From contig CATNEN010000002.1 in the NCBI GenBank assembly GCA_950097015.1, positions 3,224,001 to 3,288,000 of the forward strand: DNA of 64,000 nt. The letters run 5' to 3'. The translations under genes were made by a program, and so were the position numbers. Of this stretch, positions 25,259 through 36,145 are shown one piece after another. Under the pieces are notes generated by a model. That model was given only the letters and a program-made list of their open reading frames with translations, ran no database searches and was not told the DNA's origin. How positions within the stretch are numbered: the stretch's first letter is position 1; each line of letters opens with the position of its first letter. Source of the stretch: Macrostomum hystrix. Lineage: Eukaryota > Animalia > Platyhelminthes.

Positions 25259-25965
25259 GCTTGCGTCATTTTTCAAAATGAATTAAACATGACGCGTCAG
25301 ATTTCATCCAATCGAATTTTTCTTCAGAATTAAATTGGTAACATACTATTATAAATGTATATACAATAGTACTACTGCAAGTAACTTGCCATTAGGGTCC
25401 AGCAGTGCTTGCGTCATTTTTCAAAATGAATTAAACATGACGCGTCAGATTTCATCCAATCGAATTTTTCTTCAGAATTAAATTGGTAACATACTATTAT
25501 AAATGTATATACAATAGTACTACTGCAAGTAACTTGCCATTAGGGTCCAGCAGTGCTTGCGTCATTTTTCAAAATGAATTAAACATGACGCGTCAGATTT
25601 CATCCAATCGAATTTTTCTTCAGAATTAAATTGGTAACATACTATTATAAATGTATATACAATAGTACTACTGCAAGTAACTTACCATTAGGGTCCAGCA
25701 GTGCTTGCGTCATTTTTCAAAATGAATTAAACATGACGCGTCAGATTTCATCCAATCGAATTTTTCTTCAGAATTAAATTGGTAACATACTATTATAAAT
25801 GTATATACAATAGTACTACTGCAAGTAACTTGCCATTAGGGTCCAGCAGTGCTTGCGTCATTTTTCAAAATGAATTAAACATGATGCGTCAGATTTCATC
25901 CAATCGAATTTTTCTTCAGAATTCAATTCGTAACATACTATTATAAATTCATATACAATAATACT
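25259..25965. repeat. 148-bp tandem repeat, about 4.8 copies, containing the palindrome TGACGCGTCA
   Basis: TTGCGTCATT recurs at 25261, 25409, 25557, 25705 and 25853. Confidence 0.95.
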
Positions 25966-26849
25966 ACTGCTAGTAATTTGCCAGCTAGGATCTGTAATAA
26001 TTGCAAAAATCTGTAATGAGTGTATTACATGTCTGCTAAATACAGGAAACGTAACATGTCGAATGTCCTGGAATCCAAATTCTGCTTTCATCACTAGTCT
26101 TTCAGAATACGAGTAGCTTACAACCTTTCCACAACTTCGTAGAGTACTACATGTTAGATGTATACATCTACATGTATATGTATCCTTAAGCAATCAGTGT
26201 CCTAGACATGCCCACAGTTCATAAGAGAGCAGTCAGAATCTATTACAATAATATTATTGTCGAATTTTATGAAATTAACATTTGATTTACTAATAAACAT
26301 TCTGAATTATAACAAAGCATCATTCCAGTGCACTTTTGTCAGAATGCTTATACAAAACATTATTACTGACAGACACATTCAATACTATTTGGACAACGAA
26401 ATTGAAGCTGCGGACATGCATAGAGCAGAAATTCGTATATTTTGAGCATAATAGTGAGTTCAATGAGAGGCTTAGCCAATGCAGAAAAAGGTTTGCAAAT
26501 TACAAAATGTTTTTATTGCTTAAAGGTTCCATTACATCAAATCTATAGGCATTGAATTGAATGGCATCAAACTAATTGTGTCTTTCGTTTGAAAGAAATC
26601 ATGACTCGTCAGATTTCAGACAGCTGGAAAATGACGCGTCAGATTTGAAGGATCTGATACGCACTATTTTAGGGCAGCTTTTCACTGCACGCTACTGCAA
26701 AGTAATATGGCTAATATGTTTGCAGACGCCACGTAATACCTGTAGATTCGAAAAGGGCAAAAAAATAATAGCACCAAATACACTGAGCACAGTAATTTGA
26801 GTACCTGTAGATTAGAAGTTCTTAATCGAGAGTTTACAAAGCATTATTC

Positions 26850-29800
26850 TTATTCATCGATTAGGTACCGTGCGAGCCGTTCTTCTCGATTGAAGAAAAC
26901 AGTTGCCTCATTGGCCATTGAAAATGCATTGAGTAGCTCTGGGTCAGCGCTTTCCGGCCTGTCGAAGGTGTCGAAAGGTTTGATTCTTCCCAGGTCAATC
27001 CACATCCTCGTAGGTGGCGTCTCAAAAAATTGTACGTGGATTCTCTGTCCTTTAGTGTGCGTTAAGGTGCATGGGTCATTGCAGACCATTGCTGGCCAAA
27101 AAGGATACGTTGAAAATTTCGCGTGGACGAGGTCGCCACAATTAAAAGATTTGCACATTTGCTCGTGCTTCTGCCGAAGGCTGTGCTTGATCTCACCGGC
27201 ATCTAGATTAACACCCTTTTTGTCGATTTTTGTTACTTCGGCTGGCTCCAGGGAAGCATCGGCAGGCTTTGGTGCTTTTCTGGGCTTCTCGCTGCTGGAT
27301 GAGTCGGACTGCCGCTTTCTAGAACTAGCCTTCTTACGCACTGCAGGCTTTGCAACACCTGACTCAGTAGAAATCACCTTGTCGGCATCTAGATTGGCAC
27401 AATTTTTGTCGATTTTTGTTACTTCGGCTGGCTCCAGGGAAGCATCGGCAGGCTTTGGTGCTTTTCTGGGCTTCTCGCTGCTGGATGAGTCGGACTGCCG
27501 CTTTCTAGAACTAGCCTTCTTACGCACTGCAGGCTTTGCAACACCTGACTCAGTAGAAATCACTTTGTCGGCATCTAGATTGGCACAATTTTTGTCGATT
27601 TTTGTTACTTCGGCTGGCTCCAGGGAAGCATCGGCAGGCTTTGGTGCTTTTCTGGGCTTCTCGCTGCTGGATGAGTCGGACTGCCGCTTTCTAGAACTAG
27701 CCTTCTTACGCACTGCAGGCTCTGCAACACCTGACTCAGTAGAAATCACCTTATCCGTCTCTAGATCATCGGCATCTAGATCAGTAACATGAACTTTGGT
27801 CTGATGGCCAAAAACCAAATCGAAGGTTGACCGCTTAGCATCCTGCACTGCTCGTGTGTGAGTTAGAGTGTTGGCCATGTACGACTTTAAGGCCTCAGCG
27901 CGACTATGGTTCATGCCATAACTAACAAGTCCTTGTTTCTCCACATCGTTGATGTTAATTTCTCGATTCTTGGACTCAAAAAAATGCCTCAAAGCATTTG
28001 CAGACATCCTGGTAATTGAGCCAAGATTGGAAAACTGTTTCCTACACACTCTTAAAAAAGTTGAGAATGAGTGGTTGGGTGCAGAGAAGCCAAAAAACTT
28101 GTCATCAGACTTAGCACCTGCTTTGATTCTGTGATCACCGTAGGCAAGAAGGAGGTCCTTAAATTCGTAAACGCTCACAAAAACTGGACCTTTCACAGCG
28201 GTCTTGTGATCATGCACTTCAAAAAGCGCTTCTGGGTCTGAGTTACTCTTCCACTCTTCGAATTCTTTAACTTTTGCATTGGAAACGATGTCCGCTCGGT
28301 TTGCGTTGCCGCGAGAAAACATGAAGTTCAGTCCCAGAAAAAGAACGCACTCTTTCGAGTCCAAGCAAGCCTCGGCTGCCGGTTTAAACGATTGGATCAC
28401 GTCGCAAATCATTTTTGCTTCTTCGACAGAGAGAAGATTTTTGTCTAATTTGAGTCGCCGCTCCACCTCTGCACGATTTTTGTCCCGCTGTCGCGACTTC
28501 CCGTAACAGGAACATGTAATTATGAACGAATCTAGCTGCGCACCCAGGCCTTCCGCTTCAATGAGTCCTAAATATGTTGATTTCAGGTACTCACCGAATC
28601 GAGTTAGTGCCGTTACATAAGGCTTGCAAGGATCGGCATGCGCATTGCTCTTTTCAGTCAAAAAAGAGGTGATACTAGTTCGGTTTGCCTCTTTGATAAG
28701 ATCCAAAATACTTTCTGCTTGAATGTGATTCAGAACTGCATTTAAGGCCCTTCTTAGTCCCAAAGCGGTGCTTCCTGCGTTCTTTGCTCCGGCGTAGCCT
28801 TGCAAATGTTCTTCGAAGTGCTTGATTGTTGGAAACCCAGGTGGAGCAGCTACCGGTGCTTTGTTCTGAGATGCTTGAATTTTCTTTTGCTGCCAAGACT
28901 GCTCTACGTGGTCTGCTGCCTTCTGCTTTTTTTCGTCCAACATCAACTTCTGTGACTCCTCCTTTGACAATTTATGCCAATTAGCAAGATGGCTAGCAAG
29001 GTATACAAACGGAATGTTGCATATTGGACAAGGACGACCAGCTGTGCCAGTTGAGACAATTGGCTGATTGTACTCTTTTGTCTCGTCAATGCAAAACTTT
29101 GCGCCCTTTTCGGCCAATTTTTCAGGATGACGACGCTGAAAATGCTCAGAAAATCGTGAGTTTTTAATGACGAATATTTCGCAATAAGGGCAAACGTAAT
29201 CACTGCCCTGTCTGTCTTGACAGTTTGTCTTGTCGGCAAGTTTTTTTGGCACCACTTCAACGATGTCGACAGTCGACTGAATCGACTGATGTCGTGCCTT
29301 GTTGAAAGCATACAACTCATCTCGGATGTCTTTCTTTGACTTTAAGAGGGTCTCCTCAAAGTGATAGCGCTGAAAGTGCTCTGCAATTCGTGAACCCACA
29401 ATTACATGTTTGGTAGGGTCCAGATAGCAGACGAATTCAGTAGTAGCTTTAGTCGTAGAACATCCTGAATCGTCTTTGGATAAGACACACTCATTCTGTT
29501 GATTGACAAACCGAATTACGTTCTCTTCATCGACTGTTGCCGAGGACTCCATCATGGGTCTTTGATCAGGAAGTAGAAACGGAAAATTATAATCATCATT
29601 CACCAGCTCTTGCAGCAAACTTGAAGCAAGAGCATCATCATCTTCGGACAGGTTGGCACCAGAAGCAGCTGCAGACAGCTCGTCACATCGAGGCAGGTTG
29701 GCACCAGAAGCAGCTTCAGACAGCTCGTCACATCGAGGCAGGTTGGCACCAGAAGCAGCTGCAGACAGCTCGTCACATCGAGGCAGGTTGGCACCAGAAG

Positions 29801-31445
29801 CAGCTTCAGACAGCTCGTCACATCGAGGCAGGTTGGCACCAGAAGCAGCTTCAGACAGCTCGTCACATCGAGGCAGGTTGGCACCAGAAGCAGCTTCAGA
29901 CAGATCGTCACATCGAGGCAGGTTGGCACAAGAAGCAGCTTCAGACAGCTCGTCACATCGAGGCAGGTTGGCACCAGAAGCAGCTTCAGACAGCTCGTCA
30001 CATCGAGGCAGGTTGGCACCAGAAGCAGCTGCAGACAGCTCGTCACATCGAGGCAGGTTGGCACCAGAAGCAGCTTCAGACAGCTCGTCACATCGAGGCA
30101 GGTTGGCACCAGAAGCAGCTTCAGACAGCTCGTCACATCGAGGCAGGTTGGCACCAGAAGCAGCTTCAGACAGCTCGTCACATCGAGGCAGGTTGGCACC
30201 AGAAGCAGCTGCAGACAGCTCGTCACATCGAGGCAGGTTGGCACCAGAAGCAGCTTCAGACAGCTCGTCACATCGAGGCAGGTTGGCACAAGAAGCAGCT
30301 TCAGACAGATCGTCACATCGAGGCAGGTTGGCACAAGAAGCAGCTTCAGACAGCTCGTCACATCGAGGCAGGTTGGCACCAGAAGCAGCTTCAGACAGCT
30401 CGTCACATCGAGGCAGGTTGGCACCAGAAGCAGCTGCAGACAGCTCGTCACATCGAGGCAGGTTGGCACCAGAAGCAGCTTCAGACAGCTCGTCACATCG
30501 AGGCAGGTTGGCACCAGAAGCAGCTTCAGACAGCTCGTCACATCGAGGCAGGTTGGCACCAGAAGCAGCTTCAGACAGCTCGTCACATCGAGGCAGGTTG
30601 GCACCAGAAGCAGCTGCAGACAGCTCGTCACATCGAGGCAGGTTGGCACCAGAAGCAGCTTCAGACAGCTCGTCACATCGAGGCAGGTTGGCACAAGAAG
30701 CAGCTTCAGACAGATCGTCACATCGAGGCAGGTTGGCACAAGAAGCAGCTTCAGACAGCTCGTCACATCGAGGCAGGTTGGCACCAGAAGCAGCTTCAGA
30801 CAGCTCGTCACATCGAGGCAGGTTGGCACCAGAAGCAGCTTCAGACAGATCGTCACATCGAGGCAGGTTGGCACAAGAAGCAGCTTCAGACAGCTCGTCA
30901 CATCGAGGCAGGTTGGCACCAGAAGCAGCTGCAGACAGCTCGTCACATCGAGGCAGGTTGGCACCAGAAGCAGCTTCAGACAGCTCGTCACATCGAGGCA
31001 GGTTGGCACCAGAAGCAGCTTCAGACAGATCGTCACATCGAGGCAGGTTGGCACAAGAAGCAGCTTCAGACAGCTCGTCACATCGAGGCAGGTTGGCACC
31101 AGAAGCAGCTTCAGACAGCTCGTCACATCGAGGCAGGTTGGCACCAGAAGCAGCTGCAGACAGCTCGTCACATCGAGGCAGGTTGGCACCAGAAGCAGCT
31201 GCAGACAGCTCGTCACATCGAGGCAGGTTGGCACCAGAAGCAGCTTCAGACAGCTCGTCACATCGAGGCAGGTTGGCACCTGGCAGCTGGCATCGATGTC
31301 GGAGCTGAAGTGGCAGATCACGGGCAGCGGCTCTGAGCCGCCCTTGGACCAGCCCCAGCCAATGAAAATGGCGAAATGGTAGAGCGAGACTCGGTTGAAG
31401 CTGACACAAGAGCCAGGAACCAGGGCGGCCATGGCTGCGTTGCAC
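26850..31445 (-). CDS. C2H2-ZnF + tyrosine recombinase-like + PWWP ORF; unique core 29555-26850 (901 aa from MMESS), preceded in frame by the 45-bp array
   Basis: CPYC...SEHFQRRH and CPIC...LASHLANWH fingers. YR-like boxes NRAD, HDHKTA, NALRHFF and MNHSRAEALKSY (H to Y spacing +9). PWWP GDLVHAKFSTYPFWPAMVC...IHVQFFETPPTRMWID. No stops or introns. Confidence 0.75.
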   Translation of the reverse strand: MQRSHGRPGSWLLCQLQPSLALPFRHFHWLGLVQGRLRAAARDLPLQLRHRCQLPGANLPRCDELSEAASGANLPRCDELSAAASGANLPRCDELSAAASGANLPRCDELSEAASGANLPRCDELSEAASCANLPRCDDLSEAASGANLPRCDELSEAASGANLPRCDELSAAASGANLPRCDELSEAASCANLPRCDDLSEAASGANLPRCDELSEAASGANLPRCDELSEAASCANLPRCDDLSEAASCANLPRCDELSEAASGANLPRCDELSAAASGANLPRCDELSEAASGANLPRCDELSEAASGANLPRCDELSEAASGANLPRCDELSAAASGANLPRCDELSEAASGANLPRCDELSEAASCANLPRCDDLSEAASCANLPRCDELSEAASGANLPRCDELSAAASGANLPRCDELSEAASGANLPRCDELSEAASGANLPRCDELSEAASGANLPRCDELSAAASGANLPRCDELSEAASGANLPRCDELSEAASCANLPRCDDLSEAASGANLPRCDELSEAASGANLPRCDELSEAASGANLPRCDELSAAASGANLPRCDELSEAASGANLPRCDELSAAASGANLSEDDDALASSLLQELVNDDYNFPFLLPDQRPMMESSATVDEENVIRFVNQQNECVLSKDDSGCSTTKATTEFVCYLDPTKHVIVGSRIAEHFQRYHFEETLLKSKKDIRDELYAFNKARHQSIQSTVDIVEVVPKKLADKTNCQDRQGSDYVCPYCEIFVIKNSRFSEHFQRRHPEKLAEKGAKFCIDETKEYNQPIVSTGTAGRPCPICNIPFVYLASHLANWHKLSKEESQKLMLDEKKQKAADHVEQSWQQKKIQASQNKAPVAAPPGFPTIKHFEEHLQGYAGAKNAGSTALGLRRALNAVLNHIQAESILDLIKEANRTSITSFLTEKSNAHADPCKPYVTALTRFGEYLKSTYLGLIEAEGLGAQLDSFIITCSCYGKSRQRDKNRAEVERRLKLDKNLLSVEEAKMICDVIQSFKPAAEACLDSKECVLFLGLNFMFSRGNANRADIVSNAKVKEFEEWKSNSDPEALFEVHDHKTAVKGPVFVSVYEFKDLLLAYGDHRIKAGAKSDDKFFGFSAPNHSFSTFLRVCRKQFSNLGSITRMSANALRHFFESKNREININDVEKQGLVSYGMNHSRAEALKSYMANTLTHTRAVQDAKRSTFDLVFGHQTKVHVTDLDADDLETDKVISTESGVAEPAVRKKASSRKRQSDSSSSEKPRKAPKPADASLEPAEVTKIDKNCANLDADKVISTESGVAKPAVRKKASSRKRQSDSSSSEKPRKAPKPADASLEPAEVTKIDKNCANLDADKVISTESGVAKPAVRKKASSRKRQSDSSSSEKPRKAPKPADASLEPAEVTKIDKKGVNLDAGEIKHSLRQKHEQMCKSFNCGDLVHAKFSTYPFWPAMVCNDPCTLTHTKGQRIHVQFFETPPTRMWIDLGRIKPFDTFDRPESADPELLNAFSMANEATVFFNREERLARYLIDE
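27205..27770 (-). repeat. Coding 186-bp (62-aa) basic Ser/Lys/Arg-rich repeat x3 between the YR and PWWP domains
   Basis: Period 186 (27221 and 27407); peptide DKVISTESGVAKPAVRKKASSRKRQ... Confidence 0.95.
29649..31280. repeat. 45-bp tandem repeat, about 36 copies (EAASGANLPRCDELS in the YR frame)
   Basis: Unit GCACCAGAAGCAGCTTCAGACAGCTCGTCACATCGAGGCAGGTTG; open in two minus frames and two plus frames. Confidence 0.97.
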
Positions 31446-31492
31446 TCATGCGCCTTGAAGTCGTCAAAGCCGTTGGTGTATCCGACGCACAT
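31275..31492 (-). pseudogene. LRAT/PLAAT-like copy 3, 5' half only, fused to the 45-bp array
   Basis: MCVGYTNGFDDF...YHFAIFIGWGW...ICHFSSDIDASCQVP then the repeat. The NCEHF motif and the zinc-finger exon were not found downstream. Confidence 0.8.
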
Positions 31493-32490
31493 TCTCGATT
31501 TTTTTTCCAAAGCTGCCGCCGTATGTTAAGAAGTTCCCTTTTAACTTTAGCTACTCTTCTCCATATAAGGAAAGACTTTGCCGGCAATTCCGAGGAAATT
31601 CCGCAAAAAAAACTGCACACGAATGTTCGCTTCGTGTATTTAGTGTACTTCGCGTGAGTACAGTCCGAGGTTAGGGCGTGTGTGCACGTATGTAAACTAT
31701 AGTGAAGTTCCTTTTTAAGAAAACAACTTATAATAATGCTCTTGTACAGACTGCACACTGAAAGAGACAATGACCAATAGATGGCCTGCTTATTTGATTA
31801 TCTTATTTTTTTATTGAAAGGGCTACTGTATACGAGCTACTACGCTCGTATATTTACAATATTAAGTTAAAATTTATAATTTAAAATAAAATAAAATAAA
31901 ATAATTTAAAATAATTTAAAATAACCTTTGCTTAGTTTAAATGGCAAATAAGCAATACAGTTCGCGTAAAGTAGTTATCATCACTGCTTTACTTATCTGC
32001 TAAATTAACCCCACAATTAGAGCGCTAAAGTTGTAAAAAAATTCGCGAATTAAAGCAATAAATTATGTTATGAGTGTAGTGCGCCGCGTGTATGTCATTA
32101 CTATTAGGTCCTATGTACTTATATACGCAAAATATACCCAAAATATATGGACTTTTTGCAACGTCTTTTCACTGCCAGGTTATTACAGATATTACAATGA
32201 GATTGAGGAATGATTAAAAATGTAAATGTAATAAGAATAATAATTCATAATCTATTGTACATGAAAACATTATAACAGTATTTTTAGAACTACAGAACAA
32301 TAGACGCAAGTGTCAACAGGTAACGATATTGTTGACAGAAAAAGTGAAACAAAGTTGATCAGAAATGGCGCGTCAAAAATGTGCCGTATTTTAGAATTTA
32401 ATGTGCCCATGGAACTCGATTCATATGCAGAGAAAAAATTGGTTTGTATGAAATCTGTAAAAATACACACATTAAAATTGTACTCTCAAA

Positions 32491-33445
32491 TCATCTCATT
32501 CTGCATTTCCTCTGGCGATTACCTTCCAGCTTCATGAGAGCTTCCATTCTGTTGTTGGCAAACTTGATTTGATCTGCACTGTACGCATCGCACACGGTGC
32601 ATTCGCAGATGCCGCTGCCCTCAAACTGGTAAAGATTTCCGCTGAGTCTCTGATGGCAGTGCGTCAAGCAGCTCCTACAGATCGCGAGTTCTGGCGCCAG
32701 TGTATTCTTGAGATCGTTTCCCAAGTAGCGCCTAGTGCAGGTTTCATTGACTGACGAGACCAAATTTAAGCCATGGTTGAATAGCTTCATCTCTATGAAG
32801 TTTCCTTCTGGGTCTAGAAGACCGAGGCTCCTGAAAGCGAAACACGAGCGTAAATCTAAGCATTTTGTCTTGCCATTTGCATTCAACAGATAAAGCTTAC
32901 TTGTTTTTTAGGCCTTTCTTGCCGCCCAACGAGAAAGAGGATGTTCTCGCTCCGCTTACTGACCCGCCGAATACTAGTCGAGGAATGGACAGCATTGGCA
33001 GCAAGAAGAACCAAAGAACTTGAAAGCTGAAAGGGTTTCCGTTAATGACCCATCGGACAAAGTGCTCGCAGTTATTGGTCACAATGTTGTAATCACGCCT
33101 TCCCACAAGGTCCAGGCATTGTTTAATAACTGTCGCTCTTTTTTGGACGCTGCAGCTACACTTGAAGACTCTAATAACTGAGCTTTCTACTACATCTCGA
33201 ACATCTTCGAGTCGAACAGACGCTTTCGGCTGCGTGCCTACCTCGCCAGAGAGGTGGCAGAGCAGCGGGATGGGCTGAGCAGACTCCTCATCCCGCGGCG
33301 GCAGTGCCCAACCCAAGAAGATGGCAAAGTGGTCCAGGGCGATTCGGTTAAAGCTGACAGCGGAGCCAGGTACCATGGACTTCAGTGCCAAATCTAAATT
33401 TAATGGCGAAAAATCTTCGAAACCGTTTGTAAAGCCGACGCACAT
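32491..33445 (-). CDS. LRAT/PLAAT-like + UBR-type zinc finger, copy 4 (294 aa); exons 33445-32901 and 32830-32491
   Basis: MCVG start; DHFAIFLG, LCHLSG and NNCEHF. 70-bp phase-2 GT-AG intron. The finger lacks the first CxxC pair. Confidence 0.85.
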
Positions 33446-34077
33446 TTTCAGTAGTAGAAATTTTTAAACTTTCAGATTCTGGCTTTTACGACTGAAGACT
33501 TCACAGAAACGTTGAAAGCTAGAAAAATTCCTCTATTTTTAAGTACACTAACTTATACTGCAGTATCATGCTTCAATCAGAATGGTTCCTAGTACGAAGT
33601 ACTTTGGGTACAGAAAATGTGGGTACAGTGCTTAGCGCGAGTGTAAACTAACTACTATTGTCTTTTTAGCCAATATAGTTCAGCTATGCAAAGCGAGTTG
33701 GACCTTGTTCCCAGGTAGAATATATCACACAATCTCATCCACCAGAGAGAGGCAGACACAGAGGGAGAGGGAACGTACATACTTATTTACGAGCTATATA
33801 GAAATCTCGATTCGGCAACTTACAAAGAAATTTAAAAGTTGTTAAGAAATCTCACCTAAAATCTTTTACTTACATAATGTGCGAGATTTCAAAGTGTCAG
33901 ATTTCTAAATCTTGTCAAAGCTAACACTTGCAGCATCCTCAAATTTCTTGACGTCTTGGAATTTAACTCAAGTCGTTGAAATGCTTCAGCAAAGAAAATT
34001 TGCAAACGAAAAAATTTCAGCCTTATCAAATTTCGAGGCTGACTGATTGGGTTAGAAATCTTTACGAATACTATCAG

Positions 34078-34388
34078 ATGATAATAACAATAATAACAAT
34101 AATAATAATAATTGCAGGAGGGCTGCGGGCCTGCAGTAGCACATCATTTAGTGACACTAGACCCGCAGCCAGTGAGGAGGCAATTCTTCCCATTTCGCTG
34201 ACTCCTGAGCACACACACACAGATACTGTACGCAGGCATACGCTCACACAGGTGTGTACATCTGCACGACAAGCCCTCAAGCCTTCTCTCCGCGGCTGCG
34301 CTCCAAATAAATGTGGCCTCGCCGTGGAATCGAACTTAGGGACCGTGGTGCGCGAGGCAAACGCGATAACCGCTCTGCCACCGACCGC
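34078..34388 (-). mobile_element. SINE family B copy; a further partial copy lies at about 34790-34960
   Basis: Reverse-complement match to family B with an (AAT)n tail. Confidence 0.78.
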
Positions 34389-36145
34389 CCTTACTATCAG
34401 ATAGCTGCTACCGATTTTAACGCCGAGATTTCAAGTGCAATCAGCTTCGCTTTTTCAAACTGGTCAGAAAATTGGCAGCTTTTCCACATTTTACTACCAA
34501 GCTGGCGTTGTGTGTTTGACAAATGCAGCAGGTATCCATCCGACTGACTAAGAGATCTATTTTCATCGCCTAAATGACACAAAACTACTGACGGAAATTG
34601 GTACCTATTTTTCCTCTTTGTTTTTTTGGCGACGACTGTCTCGTTCTAGCTTTTGTTTTGGCATCGATTTTTTGTGTTTATTTATTGTGTTTATTTTTAC
34701 TTACGTAAAAACATATTTTAGATACTACTGACAGCCGTCACCGACGTTGCGTTGACGATTTTTTATGTAGAAAACTAATTTTAATTTAGAACACTTTCAC
34801 TGTACCTTGGAGGTTGGTCCTAAAGAGCGTAAATTGCACGACAAGCCCCCAAGCCTTCTCTCTGCGGCTGCGCCACAATTTAATGTGGCCTCGCCGCGGA
34901 ATCGAGCTCAGGGACATTGGTGTGGGAGGCAGACGTTTACCCTCTGCCACTGACCCCAAAGCACCCATAGGAAGCAACATACACCGCATGGCTTTAGCTG
35001 CATGGTAAGCATAATTCATAGTTTATGTAGCAATTGCTTGATCAACATTTTGTGAGGCTGTGTTTTTAAGTTCGCGAAAAATAGGCTTTTTTAAACTTTC
35101 TATCGAGAGTCCAAGTATGATTTCTTGGAACGATAAGTAAAATAATAAATATGTTATTAAGGACATGCTGCGCCAACTCATTCTGTACAGCAAACCAGCT
35201 TTGCTCGCAGAGTATTTATTTTCTTTCATTCGGCACAAGGCATGCAGATATGAGACCGGGTCTGCTCCGCAAGCTTTCTTCTGTCGCACCGAAGTTTCCA
35301 CAAATAATAACTCATTGTATTGAGTGCGGCCTTACATCTGGGTGCGATAGCTCTTGCTCACATTTTGCATGGCAACCCTGTGCGGCTCCGACCATTCGCA
35401 CTCGCCCACGCTGTTCACTGTGCGCCAGAGTGCTCACTAAAGCAACTAAGAGCTTATTTTCGAGTCTGCCCTAGAATGTAGATGAGCTCGTATATGGCAA
35501 TGGCGCATTTGCGTCATTGGAAACCATATTGCGAATGAACAAGATCAGGAAATGCTCGGCTATGTAACTACTGTGGCAGTGCACCCTGAGCTTGTCTGTA
35601 TAAGGTGAATGTTAATTATTGATGGTCTATTTTAACTTTAATGTTTGCCTTCACTGCTTTTGACTGGGAATTGGAATTAACAGGATTCTGAACACAGGAG
35701 AACTTGCAAGACATGCAAGACATTATGAAAATCTGTCGAAGTATATTTGAGTCTAATAAATAAGCATTCTGTTTAAAATGTACAGGGCACAACAGTAAAA
35801 CCAGCGATTCGGGTAGCAATATGTTATGTCAATTGTGACATGGCAATCTCTGCGTACGACTACATAGTCCGAAGTGACCGCTTTAAAATAGTCAACGGAG
35901 GCAAGCAGCATTGAAAGTGCATCACAGCAAGTAATGTTTTCCAGCGCTTAAACTAAGCAACCAGTAAGACCTTCGATAATGGAGAAAGACAAATAGAAAT
36001 CTCTGCACAAAATCATATTGCTTTTTAACTCTGGCCTGACGTAACCAGACAGGCGCAATGCGCAAAATAAAATCTTGATTACCAGGTGCTTGTTCTGATT
36101 CGCTCTCTACTAGTTGTCGTTGGGGGGTCTTGGAAAACACGCGGT

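Noticed and set aside
29537-31336. Long plus-strand ORFs (599 and 551 aa) across the 45-bp array, and ORF 26797-27792
   Set aside because: By-products of stop-free repeats antisense to the YR ORF; no unique domain content.
35151-35474. Cys-rich plus-strand ORF (HCIECGLTSGC) as an eighth zinc-finger exon
   Set aside because: Only one CxxC resembles the family; there is no SLGLLD linker, no CHxxC and no partner LRAT exon.
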